A DNA stretch of 48,307 bases, taken from positions 1 through 48,307 of the forward strand of contig JAJDCV010000282.1 in the NCBI GenBank assembly GCA_029260675.1, written 5' to 3'. The translations under genes were made by a program, and so were the position numbers. Positions 43,083 to 48,307 of this stretch are shown piece after piece (the first letter of the stretch is position 1; each line of letters starts with the position of its first letter). Source of the stretch: Phycisphaeraceae bacterium. Lineage in GTDB: Bacteria > Planctomycetota > Phycisphaerae > Phycisphaerales > Phycisphaeraceae. The notes under the pieces were generated by a model. That model made no database searches, was not told where the DNA came from, and worked only from the letters and a program-made list of their open reading frames with translations.

Positions 43083-43198
43083 TTGTATTGTCAAGTTGAG
43101 GCGTATGGATTCCGATAAGCCAGAAAAATCTGGATTTAAAGCGTTGGCAAAGGCGCCTATACTCGGGTATGATCCGCCATCTTGTATTAACAACTTGA
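43083..43198. promoter_or_regulatory. two 17-nt direct repeats 99 bp apart (TTGTATTGTCAAGTTGA / TTGTATTAACAACTTGA), candidate operators
   Basis: 14 of 17 positions are identical. The cores GTCAAGTTG and CAACTTGAC are reverse complements of each other. They lie in the divergent region between the symporter and the DUF4832-like gene. A TTGACG-N16-GATAGT sigma-70-like pair follows the second copy. Confidence 0.3.
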
Positions 43199-43274
43199 CG
43201 CGTCGCCGATCTCCTGGATAGTGTGTTCTACGCAACAGAGTCCGGCGGCAACACGGCCAACCCAGGAGCCCGCC

Positions 43275-44636
43275 ATGAAACGGACCCGCACCCAACTGCG
43301 CACCCCATGGATCGTCTTCGCCCAGGTCTCGCTGCTGCACCTGGCTGCCTGCGGCGCACTCTCGGCGGAGAAGGTGTTCACCGCCGACAACCAACAGGAC
43401 TTCGCCAACCCCGAGCGCGGCCTCTACACGCAGTTCACCGCACAGGCCGAGTCGGGCCCCTTGATCCTTGAAGACCTCGAAGCGCTGCGTGCCGAGAACA
43501 TGACGCTGCTGCTTCGGATGTACTACCTCAAAACCTTCGTCGACAAGCCGTTGAGCGGAGCCCAACTCGATATGATCCAAAACGACTTCGCCGTGATCCG
43601 CCAGGCCGGGGCCAAGTGCGTGCTGCGCTTTGCCTACAGCCAGGGGATCGGCGAACCGGACGCACCCATCGACATCGTCCTTGGCCACATGGACCAGCTC
43701 GCACCGATCCTCAGAGAGAACGCCGACGTCATCGCCACCGTGCAGACCGGGTTCGTCGGTGCCTGGGGGGAATGGCACGCCTCGACGAACAACCTCGCCG
43801 AACCCGAAAACGCCAAACAGATCGTCCGCAAATGGCTCGATATTTTGCCCCCCTCACGCACCATCCAGCTACGCACGCCCCGGCAGAAGTGGATGATCAT
43901 GGATAACCAGACACCCCTGCAAGCCGACGACGCGTTCGCCGAAACTCCCCTGGCACGGATCGGCCACCACAACGACTGCTTCCTGTCAAGCCCCACCGAC
44001 GTGGGCACCTACGAAGATATCGAAAAGGAAAAAACCTACCTCCACGCCGAGACACGCCACGTCCCGATGGGCGGAGAGACCTGCGCAAAAGCCGAGTTCT
44101 GCGCGCCCGACAACGCACGCGACGAGATGCAAGACCTGCACTTCAGCTACCTGAATCTCGGCTACCACCCCGACGTCATCAACGCCTGGCGCGACAACGG
44201 CTACCTCGATGAAGTCAAACGCCGACTAGGCTATCGCCTCAGCCTGACGTCCATCGAATACGCCGAATCCGTGAGCCCAGGCGCGGACCTGCCGATCACG
44301 TTGACCCTCTCAAACACAGGGTTTGCCGCCCCCTATAACCCACGCGATGTGAAGCTGATCCTGATCTCAGAAGACGGCTCATCCCAGTGGGCCACCAACC
44401 TCCCCGACGACCCGCGCCGCTGGTTGCCAGGGGAAATGATCGTTATCAATACCTCCCTTCATATACCCGAAACCCAGACAGCGCCCGGGACATACCGGCT
44501 TATGCTCGCGCTGCCCGACCCCGAGCCTAGCCTAGCCGACCGCCCCGAGTACGCGATCCGCCTGGCCAACCCCGGGCTATGGGATCCAACCACGGGCCGG
44601 CACGACCTGGGCATCACGATCCAGATCACCGAGTAA
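43275..44636 (+). CDS. secreted DUF4874/DUF4832-like protein (putative glycan-active enzyme)
   Basis: ATG at 43275 with AGGAG 5 nt upstream and a signal-like N-terminus. The motifs NPERGLYTQF and GFVGAWGEWH are ones I associate with DUF4874/DUF4832. Confidence 0.55.
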   Translation: MKRTRTQLRTPWIVFAQVSLLHLAACGALSAEKVFTADNQQDFANPERGLYTQFTAQAESGPLILEDLEALRAENMTLLLRMYYLKTFVDKPLSGAQLDMIQNDFAVIRQAGAKCVLRFAYSQGIGEPDAPIDIVLGHMDQLAPILRENADVIATVQTGFVGAWGEWHASTNNLAEPENAKQIVRKWLDILPPSRTIQLRTPRQKWMIMDNQTPLQADDAFAETPLARIGHHNDCFLSSPTDVGTYEDIEKEKTYLHAETRHVPMGGETCAKAEFCAPDNARDEMQDLHFSYLNLGYHPDVINAWRDNGYLDEVKRRLGYRLSLTSIEYAESVSPGADLPITLTLSNTGFAAPYNPRDVKLILISEDGSSQWATNLPDDPRRWLPGEMIVINTSLHIPETQTAPGTYRLMLALPDPEPSLADRPEYAIRLANPGLWDPTTGRHDLGITIQITE

Positions 44637-45797
44637 CTAGCCCCCGTACCAGCCGTCGCAATACAGCCCCGCCAGCGCCAACCACCCCGCGGTCTCCGCC
44701 TGGTGGGCCACGGGCTGGTCCCAGAGATCAAGCCGGACACGGTCGGCCAACTCACCGAGAAGACGTGAACGGATCGACCGTACCAACAGATCGCACGCAT
44801 CGGGGTAGCGCGTCAATTCACTGACCAGCACAAGCCGGTGCGGGCGGATGAAGTTCACCACGTTGGCGATCCCGTTCGCCAGGTAGCCGTAGAGTGTTTC
44901 CAGCGGTTGATCACCTGACTGGTACGCAGACGACCGCTCCATCAGCGACAGGCCCCCGCCCCCGGATTGATCCCCGGCACCGCCCCCGGTTTTTTCAGCA
45001 GAACCCCCCGCCCCCTCGATGCGTTCTAGGTATGCGCTGCTGAAGATGCGTTCGAGACACCCGGTCTGCCCGCAGTAGCACCGCTCGGTGTCCGCGAAGT
45101 AGCGCATGTGCCCCAGCTCGTTGGCGCTGCTGACACACCCTCGGTTGGGCCGGCCCCCGATCAACACCGCCGCACCCAGCGCACCGTCGCTGATGTTGAC
45201 CAGTAATACGTCATGCTCAGTGTCAGCGCGATGGGTCAACTGCCAACGCGCCGCCAGCGCGTGCATGTCGTTCTCAATCACCACCGGCAGATCCCCCGCC
45301 GCGTCGCAGATCGGCGCCAGGCTCACCGGCCCCCGGCCAGGCACGACCATCCCGGAAAGGACTCGCCTGGATGCGGAATCGTACAACCCCGGCACGCTCA
45401 CCCCGACCCCCATCGTCTGCGGACCGATCGTCTTGCCCAACAACGCCGCGGCGGCCGCGATAAGCCGGCCCGGGCTATCCGAGACAAAACGCGCCAGAGG
45501 TTTGCCCAGCAGATGGCCTTGAAGATTAACCCGGGCGACACCGACCGCACCCGGCCAGACCGTCAGACCGATCATGTGCCGCCGGCCCGGATCGATCTCC
45601 AGGGGCACCCTCGGCCGCCCCCCGCTGCTGGGCAGGGCTTCGCACTCACGCAAAACCCCCCCTTCCATCAATGCCGAGGCCACGACACCCACCCGATTCG
45701 GCGAGATCCCCGTCAACCCATGCAGCTCCGACCGGCTCCGGGCCCCGTGCCGCCAGAGCTGCTGAAGCATCGAACGGTGTTCATCTGTAATCTTCAC
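44637..45797 (-). CDS. ROK-family transcriptional regulator
   Basis: N-terminal winged-HTH-like segment (SRSELHGLTGISPNRVGVVASAL), a ROK sugar-kinase-like body and the Zn motif H..Y......CYCGQTGCLE. GTG start at 45797, with an alternative ATG at 45770. The stop abuts the convergent upstream gene. Confidence 0.75.
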   Translation of the reverse strand: MKITDEHRSMLQQLWRHGARSRSELHGLTGISPNRVGVVASALMEGGVLRECEALPSSGGRPRVPLEIDPGRRHMIGLTVWPGAVGVARVNLQGHLLGKPLARFVSDSPGRLIAAAAALLGKTIGPQTMGVGVSVPGLYDSASRRVLSGMVVPGRGPVSLAPICDAAGDLPVVIENDMHALAARWQLTHRADTEHDVLLVNISDGALGAAVLIGGRPNRGCVSSANELGHMRYFADTERCYCGQTGCLERIFSSAYLERIEGAGGSAEKTGGGAGDQSGGGGLSLMERSSAYQSGDQPLETLYGYLANGIANVVNFIRPHRLVLVSELTRYPDACDLLVRSIRSRLLGELADRVRLDLWDQPVAHQAETAGWLALAGLYCDGWYGG

Positions 45798-45928
45798 AGA
45801 TCAATTAATATCATAAAATTAATTAGTATTCAACTATTATATCCAATTTAAAGCATATATGTATTGAATATTCCAACTTATTATGTATATTGATATTAAG
45901 TTTAAGGATTAATCTTTCAAGGTGAAAA
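45798..45928. promoter_or_regulatory. AT-rich divergent promoter/operator region
   Basis: About 130 bp that is overwhelmingly A/T in an otherwise GC-rich window. It has multiple short palindromes and repeats (TTAATATCATAAAATTAATTA, TATTGAATATT, TATATTGATATT). It lies between the ROK regulator and the nucleotidyltransferase operon. Confidence 0.5.
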
Positions 45929-46741
45929 ATGATGGATAAGGCGGTGATACTCGCCGGGGGCATGGGCACGCGGATGCGTAAGCAGGACGAGGCCGCCGGC
46001 CTGACGGACGACCAGGCGCGTGTGGCAGAATCCGGGGTCAAGGCGCTGATACCCATCGATCGGCCATTCCTGGACTACGTCCTGACCGTGCTCGCCGAGG
46101 CCGGGTACAAGCAGGTCTGCCTGGTGATCGGGCCGGACCACGACAATATCCGGGACTACTACCAGAAGCAGGCCCCACCGCAACACCTCTCGATCGAGTT
46201 CGCGGTGCAGGCTAAGCCGCTGGGCACCGCCAACGCGGTCGCCGCCGCCGAATCTTTCGCCGCGGGCGACCCCTTCCTGATGATCAACAGCGACAACCAC
46301 TACCCCCTGGACGCGGTCCGCGCCCTGCGTGATATCCACGGCCCCGGGCTCGCCGGGTTCGAGCGGCAGGCGCTGATCGACAAGAGCAACATCCCCGCAG
46401 ACCGGGTGCTGAAATTCGCCGCCGCGGACATTGATAATTCCGGTTACCTGCGTCGTGTCATCGAAAAGCCCACGGCAGAACAGTTGGCGGCGCTGGGCGA
46501 GCCGGTGTACCTGAGCATGAACTGCTGGCGGTTCACGCCAAACATTTTCGAGGCGTGTCGGAAGATCGACCCTTCGCCGCGCGGCGAGTACGAAATCACC
46601 GACGCGGTGCAATACTGCATCGATCACCTCGGTGAACGGTTCGAGGTCATCAAGTCGGACTCCCCGGTGCTGGACCTGTCCTCACGTCAGGACGTCGCGC
46701 CGGTGACGGCGTTGTTGGCGGGCACGGGGGTGTCGTTCTGA
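45929..46741 (+). CDS. sugar-1-phosphate nucleotidylyltransferase
   Basis: The N-terminal AVILAGGMGTRMR matches the LAGGxGTRL pyrophosphorylase motif. AAGGTGA is the RBS. The stop overlaps the next ATG by 1 nt (TGATG). Confidence 0.75.
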   Translation: MMDKAVILAGGMGTRMRKQDEAAGLTDDQARVAESGVKALIPIDRPFLDYVLTVLAEAGYKQVCLVIGPDHDNIRDYYQKQAPPQHLSIEFAVQAKPLGTANAVAAAESFAAGDPFLMINSDNHYPLDAVRALRDIHGPGLAGFERQALIDKSNIPADRVLKFAAADIDNSGYLRRVIEKPTAEQLAALGEPVYLSMNCWRFTPNIFEACRKIDPSPRGEYEITDAVQYCIDHLGERFEVIKSDSPVLDLSSRQDVAPVTALLAGTGVSF

Positions 46742-48093
46742 TGAACACGAAACACGTTGACACGGATGCCGCGGCCGAAGCGCTGACCCGGGCGGGCATG
46801 GGTAGGGCGCAAGCCGATCTGAAATCGCAATGCCTCGCGGGCTTGTCCGACTCGGTGTCGCGGATGGGGGGGCAAAGTGCCAAAGCCTACTTCATCCCCG
46901 GCCGGATCGAGGCGCTGGGCAAACACGTCGACTACGCCGGCGGACGGAGCCTGACCTGCGCCACCGAGCAGGGGTTCTGCATGGTCGTCTCACCGAGAGA
47001 TGACAACCAGGTTCGCATCATCGAGCCGACCCGGAAGCTCGAGGCGTCGTTCGCGCTGGACCCCCAACTCGAGCCCTGCGCTGACGACTGGACCAACTAC
47101 CCGATGACGCTCAGCCGACGGATCGCACAAAACTTCCTCCGCAGTTACCAAGGCAAACTGCGCGGCTGTGACATCGCCTTCACCAGCGACCTGCCCCAGG
47201 CCGCCGGGCTCAGCAGCTCCAGCGCCATGATCATTGCGATCTTCATGGCGATCGGCGATGTCAACGGTCTTGAACAGCACCCGGCATACACGGCCCAGAT
47301 CAAGTCGGACCTCGACCTCGCCGGCTACCTGGGCGCCGCCGAAAACGGGCTGAACTACGGCTCACTTAAAGGCGACCGCGGTGTGGGCACACTTGGCGGG
47401 AGCCAGGATCACACCGCGATCCTCTGCGCACAGGCCAACACGCTTAGCCGATTCTCCTACCTCCCGGTCCAGATGGAATCGCGGGTGAGCCTCCCGCAAG
47501 ACCACGTCTTTGTGATCGGTGTCAGCGGGGTCCACGCCGAGAAGGCCGGCAACGCCCAGGCGCAGTACAACCGGGCGTCTTCCCTGGCGCGTGAAGGCGC
47601 CGCGCTGTGGTGCCGCGAGACCGGCCGAGACGACCCGCACCTGGCGGCGGCGGTGGATTCATCTGCCGGTGCGATCGAGCATCTGTGCGAGATCATCGGC
47701 AAGGCCGAGGCGCCGCTGCGCCAACGTGTCCAGCACTTCCTTGATGAGACTTACCATATTGTCCCCCGAGCCTGCGATGCGTTGAGCGCGGGAGACCTCA
47801 AAGCCTTCGGTGAGTTGACCGACCGGTCGCAGCACGGGGCCGAGACAAAACTGGGCAATCAGGTGCCGCAGACCGTTTACCTGGCCAGGAGCGCCCGCAA
47901 ACTGGGCGCTTCCGGGGCGAGCGCGTTCGGGGCGGGATTCGGGGGTAGCGTGTGGGCTTTGGTTAAAGAAGATCACGCAGAGAAATTCATAGCCGACTGG
48001 TCCCGGGGATACAAGAAGGCGTTTCCGGAGCAGGCCGGTGAGGCCGTATTCATCACCACTCACGCAGGCCCAGCCGCGATGCGCGTGTGGTAA
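46741..48093 (+). CDS. GHMP-family sugar kinase (galactokinase-like)
   Basis: GRIEALGKHVDYAGG resembles the galactokinase signature. LPQAAGLSSSSAMIIA is the GHMP ATP-binding motif. Confidence 0.75.
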   Translation: MNTKHVDTDAAAEALTRAGMGRAQADLKSQCLAGLSDSVSRMGGQSAKAYFIPGRIEALGKHVDYAGGRSLTCATEQGFCMVVSPRDDNQVRIIEPTRKLEASFALDPQLEPCADDWTNYPMTLSRRIAQNFLRSYQGKLRGCDIAFTSDLPQAAGLSSSSAMIIAIFMAIGDVNGLEQHPAYTAQIKSDLDLAGYLGAAENGLNYGSLKGDRGVGTLGGSQDHTAILCAQANTLSRFSYLPVQMESRVSLPQDHVFVIGVSGVHAEKAGNAQAQYNRASSLAREGAALWCRETGRDDPHLAAAVDSSAGAIEHLCEIIGKAEAPLRQRVQHFLDETYHIVPRACDALSAGDLKAFGELTDRSQHGAETKLGNQVPQTVYLARSARKLGASGASAFGAGFGGSVWALVKEDHAEKFIADWSRGYKKAFPEQAGEAVFITTHAGPAAMRVW

Positions 48094-48131
48094 GCCCGGG
48101 CATGAAGTGCGGCTTTCAACGACGACCCAAG

Positions 48132-48307
48132 TTAGCTCGTCACGGTGCGCAGATTGCCGGCTCGTCCGGGGACAGCGATCTGCTGGAACGAGCCTGTCGA
48201 GGCGGACTCCCGTGCGGCCAGGCACATCGCGGCGCTGAGCAGCCCGTCGTCGAGTGTGGACTTAGATTTCGCCTGGCCACGGATGACGTGCAGGAAATTC
48301 TTGATCA
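48132..48307 (-). CDS. C-terminal fragment of a Gfo/Idh/MocA-like oxidoreductase (5' end outside the window)
   Basis: Hand translation gives ...IKNFLHVIRGQAKSKSTLDDGLLSAAMCLAARESASTGSFQQIAV...TS* with the stop at 48132..48134. The pattern F..I.G...P..T..DGL.A..I..A..ES..TG is typical of the C-terminal helix region of this family. Confidence 0.4.
   Translation of the reverse strand, partial: IKNFLHVIRGQAKSKSTLDDGLLSAAMCLAARESASTGSFQQIAVPGRAGNLRTVTS

Noticed and set aside
1-48307. CRISPR arrays, insertion sequences, integrases, phage genes, rRNA and tRNA genes.
   Set aside because: I saw no spaced direct-repeat arrays, no terminal inverted repeats flanking a transposase-like ORF, no recombinase motifs and no cloverleaf-compatible segments. 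The only repeats are the coding heptad repeat and short regulatory-type repeats.
39935-48307. The sugar-related block (acyltransferase-like, SSF symporter, DUF4832-like, ROK, nucleotidyltransferase, GHMP kinase, Gfo/Idh/MocA) as part of the electron-transfer system.
   Set aside because: It shows no shared promoters or motifs with the cytochrome blocks. The gene functions are coherent on their own as a glycan or sugar salvage locus, so the adjacency is most simply coincidental.

Overview
GC-rich bacterial window with diderm features (lipoproteins, an outer-membrane barrel). I call about 42 protein genes. I recognised no rRNA, tRNA, CRISPR array, transposase or integrase. Most long ORFs in the six-frame track are antisense or off-frame artefacts of the high GC content. 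The track also shows alternative start codons as M, so several real genes start with GTG. There are four blocks. (1) 1..8543, minus strand: a single haem supply and attachment gene string. It carries cytochrome c maturation System I (ccmE, ccmF, an unknown His-Pro-repeat protein, ccmA, ccmB, ccmC and a ccmD missing from the ORF track), then hemA and a fused AhbA-AhbB siroheme decarboxylase. CcmE has the Cys (CXXXY) variant of the haem-binding site, and no ccmG/H/I is in the operon. (2) 9207..31447: an island of ten multihaem c-type cytochrome genes. I count 91 CXXCH plus 9 CX3CH/CX4CH motifs. It contains a five-gene porin-cytochrome-like operon with two NHL beta-propeller lipoproteins and a 682-aa outer-membrane barrel. 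It also holds a stand-alone tetrahaem cytochrome, a CbcL-like c/b fusion, a NapC/NirT-type 12-haem protein and three paralogous 15-haem cytochromes. Two of those paralogues are coupled to CXXC-less redoxin-TPR proteins. A Rieske/split cytochrome b complex with a pentahaem subunit completes the island. (3) 31790..39909: a sensory and regulatory block. It encodes a PhnD-like binding protein, a HAMP/DHp-only protein and a 6-TM histidine kinase. It also encodes a YgbA-like Cys-rich protein, two AhbC/AhbD-type radical SAM enzymes and an NtrC-type sigma-54 activator. I found four good sigma-54 -24/-12 promoters in front of cytochrome and haem operons, plus a recurring TTCTCA-N4-TGAGAA palindrome. 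(4) 39935..48307: an ordinary-looking sugar-related block, containing a DUF5009-like acyltransferase, an SSF symporter, a DUF4832-like protein, a ROK regulator, a nucleotidyltransferase, a GHMP sugar kinase and a partial Gfo/Idh/MocA gene. It contains a strikingly AT-rich divergent promoter. The main hypothesis is that blocks 1 to 3 form one sigma-54-controlled electron-transfer system running from the inner membrane to the outer membrane. Its composition does not match any described Mtr, Pcc, Ext or Cyc2 arrangement that I know.
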